From the NCBI GenBank assembly GCA_035516255.1, contig DATJAL010000047.1:25198-89197 (forward strand): 64,000 nucleotides of DNA, in the 5' to 3' direction. This document shows, piece after piece, positions 44,473-53,558 of the stretch. The DNA comes from Chitinivibrionales bacterium. Its GTDB lineage: Bacteria; Fibrobacterota; Chitinivibrionia; Chitinivibrionales; FEN-1185. A model generated the notes under the pieces. It had not been told where the DNA came from and did not search any database. It saw only the letters and a program-made list of their open reading frames with translations. Numbering within the stretch: position 1 is the first letter of the stretch; every line of letters starts with the position of its first letter. The position numbers were made by a program, and so were the translations under genes.

Positions 44473-47400
44473 ATTCCGATCTCGCAATCGTCATGCGTTT
44501 TCTGCACGGGCTCCGGCGGCGGCTTGTTGCGGCCGCCCTGGGCCGCCGGATTTCCCGGCTCGCCTCGGCCGTGCTGTTATGCTGCGCGGCCGTGCAGATT
44601 CTTTTTGCCGCATTCCCCTGGGTGATCCTGCCCGTGATCTGGGATTTTCTCCTCGCGTTCATGATGATCGCCGCGTGCGCAATCTTCTGCGATCTCTTGT
44701 TCCTGCGCAAACCAACGCTGCTCCATGCCGCCCGTACCGCCGAAACCACGGCAAGCCTCGCCCATCCGTGGCTCTCGCTTTCGGTCGAACTTTCCCGTCG
44801 GCATAACGGCTCCGATTCATTGACATCCGCAACATTTGAAAAAGCGGCGCAGGCCATCGCCGACACTGCGCCTGCCGCGCCGGGAATGAACTATTGGCGC
44901 AACGCGGTCATGCTGCTTGTTTCGGTTCTCGCTTTCATCGGGTCGGGCGGCTTTCTGCAGCCGCAATGCGCCAGGTTCTGGAAAATGCCTTTTTCGTATT
45001 TTGCGTCGGTGGCCGCGGAAATTTCTCCCGGCACCATCAGCGTTCCCAGCGGTACGTCGTGCGTGGTGCGGCTTGCGCCGCGCGCGGCGTTTTTTCCCTC
45101 GTGCCGGCTCTCGGTGTTCTTTGCCGATGGAGGGCTGCAGAGGAACTCCCTGCTTGCCGCGGACAACGCGGGACGGTTTTCTTTCCGCCTCGATACCGTG
45201 ACCAGGTCGGTTGCCTACCAGTTCACCATCGGGAATACCGTGTTTCCTGCCGACACTGTTTTCGTTGTTCCGAAGCCGCTGCTGTCGCGGCTCCAGGTCC
45301 GCGTGACGCCGCCCGCCTACACCGGCATCAGGCCGTCAACCCTGCTTGACGGACAGGGAAATTTCATCGCCTATCCCGGTACGCGCGCGCACATTTCGCT
45401 CTCCGCACCGCACCCGCTCAAGCGGGCGCTGTTCATCTCGTCGCGGAACGACACGGTGCCCTTTTCGGTGTCGCGTTGCGACGCGTCCGGCGACATCACG
45501 GTTTCCTCGCGCCTGGGCTACACGTTCGCGCTCACCGACACCTTTCTCCAGAAAAGCGATTCGGTCCCGCTTTTTTCCATCGACGTGATCCCGGACGCGC
45601 CGCCGTCGGTGTTCATCGTGAAGCCGGGCCGCAGCGGTGACTGCACGCCGGCCATGAGCGAAACGCTCATGGTGGAGGCCACCGACGACATAGGAGTGCG
45701 CGCAACCGGCGTTTTCACCAGGAAGAACGGAGATTCTCCCGTTGCCTATGTCAATCATGATGTTGCCCGCAGCGAGGGGCTTCAGAAACTCGTGCGGCTC
45801 GAGCTGCCGCTTGATCTCAACGCGTTTTCACTGTACCCCGGCGACACGCTGTTTTACTGGGCGACCGCGTGCGACAACCGGGAATACGGCCGGCCGCAAT
45901 GCACGGCCTCGGACACGTTCTTCTTCCGCGTCCCCACGTTCGAGGAGATACAGCAGAGCGTCACCGACGAGCAGAATTACACCGAGCGCGCCCTGTCGTC
46001 GGCCGCCAGGCGCAACGACGAAATGCGCCGGTCGCTCGACAACCTCATGAAGGCTTCGCCGGGAAAGCAGCGGCTTTCGTGGGAACAGCAGCAGATCGTG
46101 CGGGACCTCAAGGAGAGCGCGGCGGCTCAGGCGGATTCGCTTTCCAAGGCCCTGGAGTCCTTCAAGCAGGCCGTTGACAAACTAAAACGGCAGGACGCCG
46201 CTCCCGCCGAGATCCTGTCGAAAATGGACGAGGTCCAGAAGGCCATAGAAGAATTGCGGCGCCAGTACGGCGACAGCCTTCTGTTTTCCCTGCCCTCCAA
46301 GGCGGACGACGTTTCTCTGCGCGACCTGCAGGAATCGCTTGAAAAATTCAAAAAGGCGATTCCTGATCTGGCGCAGCGGCTCGAGACCACGCTCAAATTT
46401 TTACAGGCGCTCAAGCGCGACATGGAGCTCGGCAGGATGGCGGTAAACGCGCAGCGCCTGGCGCGCGAGCAGCAGGAAAACGCCTCGCAAAAAGAAGCAG
46501 GCGCATGCATGAACAAACAGGAAAACCTCTGCAACGGCATTGACGGGCTGCTCAAGGACATCGATAAAAACGCCGGCGCGTCCGGCGATTCCTCGCTTTT
46601 TTCAAAGGACCAGTTGCCTGCGCTCGGCCAGATATGTCCGCTGCAGAAATCCCTGCGCTCGTCCCTTTCCAGAAAATCGGTTCCCGGCAGGGACGACATG
46701 AATGCCATGGCCGGCTCGCTCATGGCGCTTTCGGAAAGCCTTTCAAACATGCAGGGCTGCGCTTTGGCGAAAAAGCTCGACAAGGAACGCGAGATTTTGC
46801 TGGCTATGGCGCATGACGCACTGGACATGTCGGCGTGGCAGCAGTCGCTTGTCGAGGAGTCGTTCAGCCCGTCCGGATCGGCCGGCGAGACCGCCGCGCT
46901 CGAGCAGGCGCTCAGGAACTCTCTCGCCGCGAGCAGGGAAAAAATGAACCTGCTTTCCGTGGTGCCCCCGCGGACGCTCTTGTCAATAAAGAAAAGCTAC
47001 GACAACGCAGACGCGGCGATCGCCAACGACCTTGCCTATCTCTCGTCCGAAAACGCCAGGATCTATTCCCGCGACGGCGAAACTGGTCTCAACGATCTTG
47101 TCAGGACCGTGCTCGACGCCCTGTTGCAGCTCGGCAACATGCAGTCACAGTCCGGCGGCGCGGGCGGCATGATGTCGGGCATGCGCAGGCTGTCGTCGAA
47201 ACAGGCCATGCTCAACGCGGCGACCGGCGGGCTCCTCAGAATGCTGCTCGGCCAGGGCGGTGAGGCAATGGAACGCGAGGGGCAGGGCGGGCGCGATGGC
47301 GGAAAAGGCGGGCGGGAAAACGAGCGCGCCCGCGAAGAGGCGGCCGCGGCGCAGAGGGCCATCGCCGACGAGCTCAAGCGGCTCGCGGAAAAATACGGCA

Positions 47401-47765
47401 AGGAGGCGGGCGCGTCCCTTGACAAAAAGGCACGCGACCTCGAGGAGGAGGCGCGCCGCCTGTCGAACATGTTCGACAACCCGTCGCAGGAGCTGCGCGA
47501 CCGGCAGGACCGCTTCCTTTCGCGGCTTTTGGAGACCTCGTTGTCGCAGCACAAGCAGGACGAGGGCAAAGAGGAACGGGTGTCGCAGTCAGCGAAAAAC
47601 ATGTTCTCGCCCCAGAGAAACGACACGACGGCGGGTTCCCGCGATTTCGACACCTACTACCGGCTCCGCCAGCGCGCGTTTACCGGGAATTTCCCGGAAA
47701 GCTACCGGTTCTCCGTGAAAAATTATTTTGACTCGCTGGGAGTTCTTTACTTAAAAGAGAAATAA
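44469..47765 (+). CDS. Large membrane-anchored coiled-coil protein (DUF4175-like)
   Basis: Features in order: ATG 44469 forming an ATGA overlap with the DUF4159 stop; about four N-terminal transmembrane helices; a beta-rich middle; a long coiled-coil and Gly/Arg-rich C-terminal half ending ...FPESYRFSVKNYFDSL. The family assignment comes from context and architecture only. Confidence 0.5.
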   Translation: MNSDLAIVMRFLHGLRRRLVAAALGRRISRLASAVLLCCAAVQILFAAFPWVILPVIWDFLLAFMMIAACAIFCDLLFLRKPTLLHAARTAETTASLAHPWLSLSVELSRRHNGSDSLTSATFEKAAQAIADTAPAAPGMNYWRNAVMLLVSVLAFIGSGGFLQPQCARFWKMPFSYFASVAAEISPGTISVPSGTSCVVRLAPRAAFFPSCRLSVFFADGGLQRNSLLAADNAGRFSFRLDTVTRSVAYQFTIGNTVFPADTVFVVPKPLLSRLQVRVTPPAYTGIRPSTLLDGQGNFIAYPGTRAHISLSAPHPLKRALFISSRNDTVPFSVSRCDASGDITVSSRLGYTFALTDTFLQKSDSVPLFSIDVIPDAPPSVFIVKPGRSGDCTPAMSETLMVEATDDIGVRATGVFTRKNGDSPVAYVNHDVARSEGLQKLVRLELPLDLNAFSLYPGDTLFYWATACDNREYGRPQCTASDTFFFRVPTFEEIQQSVTDEQNYTERALSSAARRNDEMRRSLDNLMKASPGKQRLSWEQQQIVRDLKESAAAQADSLSKALESFKQAVDKLKRQDAAPAEILSKMDEVQKAIEELRRQYGDSLLFSLPSKADDVSLRDLQESLEKFKKAIPDLAQRLETTLKFLQALKRDMELGRMAVNAQRLAREQQENASQKEAGACMNKQENLCNGIDGLLKDIDKNAGASGDSSLFSKDQLPALGQICPLQKSLRSSLSRKSVPGRDDMNAMAGSLMALSESLSNMQGCALAKKLDKEREILLAMAHDALDMSAWQQSLVEESFSPSGSAGETAALEQALRNSLAASREKMNLLSVVPPRTLLSIKKSYDNADAAIANDLAYLSSENARIYSRDGETGLNDLVRTVLDALLQLGNMQSQSGGAGGMMSGMRRLSSKQAMLNAATGGLLRMLLGQGGEAMEREGQGGRDGGKGGRENERAREEAAAAQRAIADELKRLAEKYGKEAGASLDKKARDLEEEARRLSNMFDNPSQELRDRQDRFLSRLLETSLSQHKQDEGKEERVSQSAKNMFSPQRNDTTAGSRDFDTYYRLRQRAFTGNFPESYRFSVKNYFDSLGVLYLKEK

Positions 47766-47802
47766 AAAATAATGATGCGTTGATGCATTTATGGATGACC
47801 AG

Positions 47803-47890
47803 TGTCACTCCCGCGGAAGCGGGAGTCCATCGTGCAAGAACAGATTCCCGTTCCCCGCTTTCGCGGGGACAAGTTTTGCGGTAATGACAC
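47803..47890. repeat. Twin GC hairpin REP (ACTCCCGC-GGAA-GCGGGAGT and CCCCGC-TTTC-GCGGGG)
   Basis: This is a widely seen REP type that produces spurious ...PRKRES...RFRGD...GNDT peptides. It sits in the spacer before the B12-rSAM gene. Confidence 0.5.
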
Positions 47891-47973
47891 ACGGAGTGTT
47901 ATCCATTTACCGATTGATTAAAAGAAACTCTTCAACCCATCACCCTCTGAACCCATCAACCCGTTAACCCGCG

Positions 47974-49524
47974 ATGCGCATCCTTCTCATCAACACCAAC
48001 CAGTTAAAGATCCCGTTTCCGGTCATGCCCGTGGGGCTGTGCTCCGTGGCCGCCTCGCTCGAGGCGGCGGGCCACCAGGTGAAGGTGTTGGACCTCTGCT
48101 TTTCGCTCAACCCAGCCGCCGACATCGCCGCGGCGGTCGCGTCGTTTTCGCCGGGCATGGCCTGCGCGGGCATACGCAACATCGACATGGCCAACGGCTT
48201 CAGGCCCGCGTTCATGCTTGACAAAATAAAAACTGGCGTGATCGTCCCGCTCAAGCGGGTATTTTCCGGTCCCGTCGTGCTGGGAGGCCCGGCGGCGGGG
48301 ATCAACGGCGCCGAGCTGCTTGGCTATTTTGACTGCGACTATGCAGTGCAGGGCGACGGCGAAGGGACAACGGTCGCGCTCGCGAACCGCATTGAAGCGG
48401 ACCTGAGCCCGGGCGGCATGGCCGGGCTCATCATCCGGCGCAAGGGCATTGTGGCCGAAGCAAATCCCCCGGATTTTCCAGACGATCTCGACACTCTCCC
48501 GCCCTCGCGGCCGCAGAAATACCTTAACTGCGCGCTTTACAAACTGTACAACTCGCCGTTCCCCGTGCAAACAAAACGCGGTTGTGCCCTTTCGTGCGTC
48601 TATTGCACCTATAACCGCATCGAGGGCCGTGTCTACCGGCTGCGCTCCCCTTCCGCGATCGCGGACGAGATCCAGGAATTCGCCGCGGCCACCGGCAACC
48701 GCACCGTGGAGATCGTCGACAGCACGTTCAACGTGCCGCTTGACCATGCCAAGGCGGTGCTCAGGGAAATTATCTCGCGCAACGTAAAATTGCGCCTGTT
48801 AACCATGGGACTGAACCCGCGCTTTCTGGACCGCGAACTCGCGGGACTCATGAAACAGGCGGGATTCGTCGAGGCATGCTTCGGCACCGAGGCGATTTGC
48901 GACGACATGTTAAAAAGTTTCGGAAAAAATTTTTCAGTGGCTGACATCCGAGCGGCCGCGGACATCATCCACCAGACCCGCATTCCGGCGTCGTGGTTCC
49001 TCATCATCGGCGCGCCGGGCGAAACGGCGAAGACCATCAAAGAGACTTTTTCGAACATCAGCCGCATCGCGGCCCCGCTTGACCTTGTCAACATCGGCGT
49101 GGGCATACGCGTGTACAACGGCGCGCCCATTGCCGAAACGTGGAAGGCCGAAACAAAAAGTTCTACACCCGACAATTTCCTCACGCCCGTCGCGTATCAG
49201 CCCGGCACTCTCACCATGAAAAAACTCAAGGCCGTCACGCGGCTCGCCGCGGCGCTGCACCATAATTTCTTCATGTTCGACGAGGGCGCGGTCATCCTTC
49301 TGCCGGTGAGGATCATCATGGGCCTGTTTTTCGCGAACCAGCCGCTGTGGCGGGGCTATATCGTGATGCGGCTGTTTGAAAAATATTCAGGCGTGTTTTT
49401 GGTGAGGGCGCTCATCGCGTGGGTAAGGTGCAATGCGGCGTTTCGGAAAGGGATGAGGGCTATAATGGCTGCAAAGGAAAATAAGATGACAGGTGATCGA
49501 AGTCTGTATCGTTATGAAGAATAA
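47974..49524 (+). CDS. B12-binding domain radical SAM protein with a hydrophobic C-terminal extension
   Basis: N-terminal Rossmann-like B12 domain (MRILLINTNQLKIPFPVMPVGLCSVAASLEAAGHQV), the CxxxCxxC motif CALSCVYC, and a C-terminal ~90 aa with hydrophobic helices. Confidence 0.85.
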   Translation: MRILLINTNQLKIPFPVMPVGLCSVAASLEAAGHQVKVLDLCFSLNPAADIAAAVASFSPGMACAGIRNIDMANGFRPAFMLDKIKTGVIVPLKRVFSGPVVLGGPAAGINGAELLGYFDCDYAVQGDGEGTTVALANRIEADLSPGGMAGLIIRRKGIVAEANPPDFPDDLDTLPPSRPQKYLNCALYKLYNSPFPVQTKRGCALSCVYCTYNRIEGRVYRLRSPSAIADEIQEFAAATGNRTVEIVDSTFNVPLDHAKAVLREIISRNVKLRLLTMGLNPRFLDRELAGLMKQAGFVEACFGTEAICDDMLKSFGKNFSVADIRAAADIIHQTRIPASWFLIIGAPGETAKTIKETFSNISRIAAPLDLVNIGVGIRVYNGAPIAETWKAETKSSTPDNFLTPVAYQPGTLTMKKLKAVTRLAAALHHNFFMFDEGAVILLPVRIIMGLFFANQPLWRGYIVMRLFEKYSGVFLVRALIAWVRCNAAFRKGMRAIMAAKENKMTGDRSLYRYEE

Positions 49525-49680
49525 ACGCACCATGGTGAAGACACAACGCCGCGATGATGCAATCGGCTGGGCTCCCGATATGATTCTTAAAATATTGAAA
49601 ATGTTATGGCCTTTTATTTCAACCGGCCTACTTTGAGTATACAAGGGAAATGGTCGATGCCAAAACCATCGGAATGTCAC

Positions 49681-50382
49681 TCACCTCTTGGAATAATTCC
49701 CGCCCGCGAGCAACACGTTCGATATTTTTTCCGCCAGCTTTTCAAAGCTTGTCCTTTCGACAGCCGGGACCAGGCCCACGTAATTCTCCTGGATTTTCCC
49801 GAACGAGACGACCCTGCCCGAATCCGCCTTCAGGTAAACGTAGTCCGCGGAAAAATTAAGCGTCGTCTGGCTGAACACGACGTCCTGTTCCTTGTATTCG
49901 ACGGTCGCCGAATCGAGTGCCGCATTGTAAACGAACAGGACAAGGTCGCCCGCTTCGGCGCAGGGAAGTCTTCCCGCAGGACGCCATATTCCGGTGTAGG
50001 CATTTTTCACCCGAACGGAATCCCCGACAACAGCGGCGGCCTGCCGGCCGCACCACTTCACGCTGCGGAAGCATGAGGTCTTCGAAAGGTTTGCCGCAAC
50101 GGCCTGCTCAAAGAAACTGACGATCAGGGAATCTTTCCTGCCTTTTCCCAGGATCTTTTCCACGGAGCCCGGGAAGTTGATCGTGGAATTAAAAAACGGC
50201 ATTATGGTCAGATTGCATGCCGCGAGCTGTGTTCTGTCGAGCTTGACAACAACATACGTGGGAGCACAGGACGCCGTACAAAAGAATACTGCCATGAGGA
50301 TTCTTTGGGTAATTACTAGTTTGAGCCTTGTCAAAATGCGCCTCGTGTATTCTTTGGAGGTTATTTTCCAGTCAAGAATCAA
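49681..50382 (-). CDS. Hypothetical lipoprotein
   Basis: Lipobox-like ...ILMAVFFCTASC. The start is uncertain: TTG 50382 overlaps the ispG stop, and ATG 50295 is the alternative. No family was recognised. Confidence 0.4.
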   Translation of the reverse strand: MILDWKITSKEYTRRILTRLKLVITQRILMAVFFCTASCAPTYVVVKLDRTQLAACNLTIMPFFNSTINFPGSVEKILGKGRKDSLIVSFFEQAVAANLSKTSCFRSVKWCGRQAAAVVGDSVRVKNAYTGIWRPAGRLPCAEAGDLVLFVYNAALDSATVEYKEQDVVFSQTTLNFSADYVYLKADSGRVVSFGKIQENYVGLVPAVERTSFEKLAEKISNVLLAGGNYSKR

Positions 50383-51448
50383 CCTTGGCTTTTTCTTTGA
50401 TCAGTTTCTGCACATAGCTCCATAAAACATCAAGTAATTTTTCCTCCGGTACCTTCTCCTTCATTTTCCCCTTTACGAAAATCCGCCCTTCGCCCCTGCC
50501 GCCCGCGATGCCCACGTCCGCGTCGGCGGCCTCGCCCGGGCCGTTCACGATGCAACCCATGACCGCGATTTTGATGTCCGCCGTGAGCGGGGCAGCCATT
50601 GCCTCAACCTTTTCGGCGAGCGCGACCACGTTTATCTGGGTGCGTCCGCACGTGGGGCAGGCGATCACGGTGGGCCCCGGGGCTAGGCCCAGGCTCTTGA
50701 GGATCGCGATGCCGGCGTACACTTCGTTGACGGGATCGGAACACAGCGATACGCGCAGCGTGTCGCCGATGCCTTCGGCAAGAAGCGCGCCGATGCCCAC
50801 GCTCGAGCGTATGGTGCCGGTTCTGAGCGTGCCGGATTCGGTGATGCCGATGTGCTGGGGAACGTCGGTTTTCCGTGACAACAGGCGGCACGCCTCGATC
50901 GTGGTGAGGACGTCGCTTGCCTTTATTGATAAAATGATGTCGCCGAACGAAAACTTCTCCATCATTGCAATGAACCCGAGGCCGCTTTGCACGAGCGCCT
51001 GCGGCGTTGCGCCGCCGTATTTTTCAAGCAGCTCTTTTTCAAGCGAGCCCGAATTGACTCCTATACGGATGGGGACATGCGCGGCCCTTGCCGCGTCAAC
51101 CACCTTTTTCACCTTATCTGCCGCGCCGATGTTTCCAGGATTGATGCGCACCTTGTCGGCGCCCGCCTCGATCGCGGCAACGGCGAGCTCGTGCTGGAAA
51201 TGGATGTCGGCCACGAGAGGTACTTTTGTTCCTTTCCGTATTTTCGCGAACGCCGCGGCCGCGTTTCGGTTGGGAACCGCGACGCGCACGATTTTGCACC
51301 CGGCAGCAAAAAGCTTTTCTATCTGGCCGAGCGTGGCGTCAACGTCCTCGGTGGCGGTGTTGGTCATCGACTGGACAGGAATCGGCGAATTGCTGCCGAT
51401 GGGAATATTCCTGACTGTGATTTGGCGGGTTTTTTTACGGGTGATCAT
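50372..51448 (-). CDS. ispG: 4-hydroxy-3-methylbut-2-en-1-yl diphosphate synthase
   Basis: MITRKKTRQITVRNIPIGSNSPIPVQSMTNT...CPTCGR... ATG 51448 matches the usual IspG N-terminus; the track GTG at 51490 adds 14 aa. Confidence 0.95.
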   Translation of the reverse strand: MITRKKTRQITVRNIPIGSNSPIPVQSMTNTATEDVDATLGQIEKLFAAGCKIVRVAVPNRNAAAAFAKIRKGTKVPLVADIHFQHELAVAAIEAGADKVRINPGNIGAADKVKKVVDAARAAHVPIRIGVNSGSLEKELLEKYGGATPQALVQSGLGFIAMMEKFSFGDIILSIKASDVLTTIEACRLLSRKTDVPQHIGITESGTLRTGTIRSSVGIGALLAEGIGDTLRVSLCSDPVNEVYAGIAILKSLGLAPGPTVIACPTCGRTQINVVALAEKVEAMAAPLTADIKIAVMGCIVNGPGEAADADVGIAGGRGEGRIFVKGKMKEKVPEEKLLDVLWSYVQKLIKEKAKVDS

Positions 51449-51487
51449 TTCTTGGTTTTCCTGATGATAAATTATTCGATCCGTTTT

Positions 51488-51590
51488 CACCTCACCCCAT
51501 CACCCCGGCCCTGCGCTTCGCTTCGGGCCACCCTCTTCCCCTCTCCGTGGCGGAGAGGGGAAGAGGGGCCGGAGGAGCAGGGTCAGGCGA
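51488..51590. repeat. Family-C repeat containing a perfect 17-bp hairpin
   Basis: CCCTCTTCCCCTCTCCG (51531-51547), loop TGG, CGGAGAGGGGAAGAGGG (51551-51567), preceded by CCTCACCCCATCACCCCGGCC...GGGCC. Confidence 0.6.
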
Positions 51591-51660
51591 GAAATAACAG
51601 AGGCCCGCTCGCGCAGGCCCCCACCACGTGTTCAATCCGGAATAATTTCCATCACGCCGT

Positions 51661-52806
51661 TCACATCGCCTGCACCTGCAGCGATACCCTCAGCCCGTTC
51701 AGTCCCGACACCGCGATGCTGCCCGCGCCCGACTTCAGCTTGAACCCGTCGATGCGTGTGCAGAAGCCGTTCGCGTTGCCCTTGTACTGCAGGTCGACCA
51801 TGAGCAGCTTGCTCTGCATGTCCCAATTCCGCTCGTGCACGGCCGACACGTTGGGCACCCACGTGAGCGTCTGGATCAGGTCGTTCTTGAGCCGGAAGGT
51901 GGAAACGCCGCTGATGGTGATCGACAGGGTCATGCCGTTGTTCTGCTGGTTGTTCCACTCCTTTACTATTTTGTCAAGAAGGTCCCTGATCGCCTTTTGC
52001 GACGCCTTGGCGATGGCCTGCGTGCCGGCCGTGTTGGCGCTGACGTGCACCATGGCCGCGTGCTCCTGCGCCGTTCCCATGATGCTCCCCGTGGTGCAAT
52101 TGATGGCGCGGAGCGTCACGTCGGCCTGCACCGACACCATGCCGCCTAAATTCTGGTTAAGGTTCTTTGCCTCCCTGCTCACCGCGCTGCCCGTGATGAT
52201 CACCTCCGCGCCGCTCTGCGTGCCGAGCTGGGCCGCTGCCGCCACGTCGCCGGCGATGCTCGCCATTTTTTCCTGCGAGGCGCGGATTGCGGCGCTCGCC
52301 TTCGGGTCGACAAGATCGAATTCGTAAGGATCCTTCAGGAACTGGAGAATGGTCGCCTCGGCCGACGAGTTGGTGGGCTCCCCGGTCCCCACGTTGTTCT
52401 CGTCGATCACCACCATGGTGCGCGGCTTGTTCATGGACTCGATGAGGATGTGAAACGCGGCAAGGTCCTGGGTGATGGAGCTTTTCGAGAGCACGGCCTT
52501 GATCTTCACTTCATAAGACCCGGCCTCGCTTTTCCCTTCCGAGATTTTTTCGTAGCTTTTCACCGAGCCGATGGTCTTGGTGATGATCTGGTCTTTTTTC
52601 ACCATGAAATTCTCGATTTCGGTCTGCGAAAGAAGTATGGTGCCGATGCCTTTCTCAATGGCGTTGCGCTTTGCCGCCAGAAGCGCCTCTTCCGGGTTCG
52701 CCCCTTCGCCAAATCCCTCCGCGACAATGGTTTCGTCCTGGGCAAGAACTAGGCCGGCGCCGAAAACAAGCAGGAACCCCGCGCACAGCGCAATCATTTT
52801 CCGCAT
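51661..52806 (-). CDS. Secreted protein/lipoprotein with LPP20-like N-terminal domain
   Basis: ATG 52806 is preceded by GAGGAGGA. Signal peptide MRKMIALCAGFLLVFGAGLVLA. The N-terminal AEGFGEGANPEEALLAAKRNAIEKGIGTIL pattern resembles LPP20/FlgO-type domains. Confidence 0.5.
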   Translation of the reverse strand: MRKMIALCAGFLLVFGAGLVLAQDETIVAEGFGEGANPEEALLAAKRNAIEKGIGTILLSQTEIENFMVKKDQIITKTIGSVKSYEKISEGKSEAGSYEVKIKAVLSKSSITQDLAAFHILIESMNKPRTMVVIDENNVGTGEPTNSSAEATILQFLKDPYEFDLVDPKASAAIRASQEKMASIAGDVAAAAQLGTQSGAEVIITGSAVSREAKNLNQNLGGMVSVQADVTLRAINCTTGSIMGTAQEHAAMVHVSANTAGTQAIAKASQKAIRDLLDKIVKEWNNQQNNGMTLSITISGVSTFRLKNDLIQTLTWVPNVSAVHERNWDMQSKLLMVDLQYKGNANGFCTRIDGFKLKSGAGSIAVSGLNGLRVSLQVQAM

Positions 52807-52898
52807 AGCAATCCTCCTCTTTGTGACCGGAAACAACGGTGAAAGTATGAATATATATTATCTCAAAACTGGTGGCCTGATGTCAATAGTCTATAAGT

Positions 52899-53082
52899 AA
52901 AGAGGCGGGCGTTCCGCGGCTTCGCCACGGCGGCCGTCCTTCCGGTCTCGCCTTTGGCTCGGGCTGCCACGGCCCCTGTATGCCTTCAGCGAGGGCCGGG
53001 CAGCACCGCGCTCCAGCACGGCCTCCAGTCCTGCCTAACGCGGCGGCGGAGTTCCAGTTAGTCAACGCACCATCGTGGCGCC
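52899..53082 (-). repeat. Family-A element, copy b
   Basis: The reverse complement runs GGCGCCACGATGG...CCGCCGCCGCGTTAGGCAGGACTGGAGGCCGTGCTGGAGCGCGGTGCTGCCCGGCCC...GGGGCCGTGGCAGCCCGAGCCAAAGGCGAGACCGGAAGGACGGCC...GGAACGCCCGCCTCTT. Its core is about 90 percent identical to copy d. Confidence 0.55.
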
Positions 53083-53110
53083 AATCGATCGTTTGCAGCG
53101 TCAAGTATGA

Positions 53111-53156
53111 CCTCACCCCGGCCTTACAGGCCACCCCTCTCCGAATTGGAGAGGGA
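53111..53156. repeat. Family-C REP-like hairpin
   Basis: CCTCACCCCGGCCTTACAGGCCACCCCTCTCCGAATTGGAGAGGG. Confidence 0.45.
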
Positions 53157-53272
53157 AAACGATTTGTTTTTGTCACTTACTTTGTCGTATTACCAAATGA
53201 AGTGATGCAGTGGCGCAGTTGTCAAGTATTAACCAACAACCAAGCTAATGGAAATCTTTTCTTGTAATTGGC

Positions 53273-53530
53273 TATACTATTTGTCTTTTTCCGCCGTGTA
53301 AAGCTTGACCTGCCGCAGGCGGATGGTAAGCCACCCGGGTCCCCGCACACCACGAGACTCCGGCGCCAAAGAGGGGGTGTGCATATAAAATCTTCAATCA
53401 ATATTTTCTCCCTCTCCCATTGGGAGAGGGCGGGGTGAGGTCTGATCACCGCCGCATCCCACGGCAGTGTTTGTCTTGACATATGGGATGCGGCGGAAGC
53501 CGGGGGCCAGGGGGGAGACTTCCCCCACCG
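53273..53530 (+). repeat. Y-X module (with TATACT box and an inserted family-C REP)
   Basis: Parts in order: TATACT (53273-53278); TCCGCCGTGTAAAGCTTGACCTGCCGC...CGGCGCCAAAGAGGGGGTGTG; REP at 53408-53440; a 13-bp perfect stem CCGCCGCATCCCA / TGGGATGCGGCGG; GGGGGA-GACT-TCCCCC. Confidence 0.55.
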
Positions 53531-53558
53531 GAATGTTTCTTAATGGGAAAAGAATTTA

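Noticed and set aside
53444-53530. X hairpins as classical Rho-independent terminators.
   Set aside because: Only the degenerate copy at 39190-39230 is followed by a T-run. The others lack a U-tract, and two copies lie in 5' leaders. The REP-like 3'-end protection or leader-structure roles discussed in the findings fit better.
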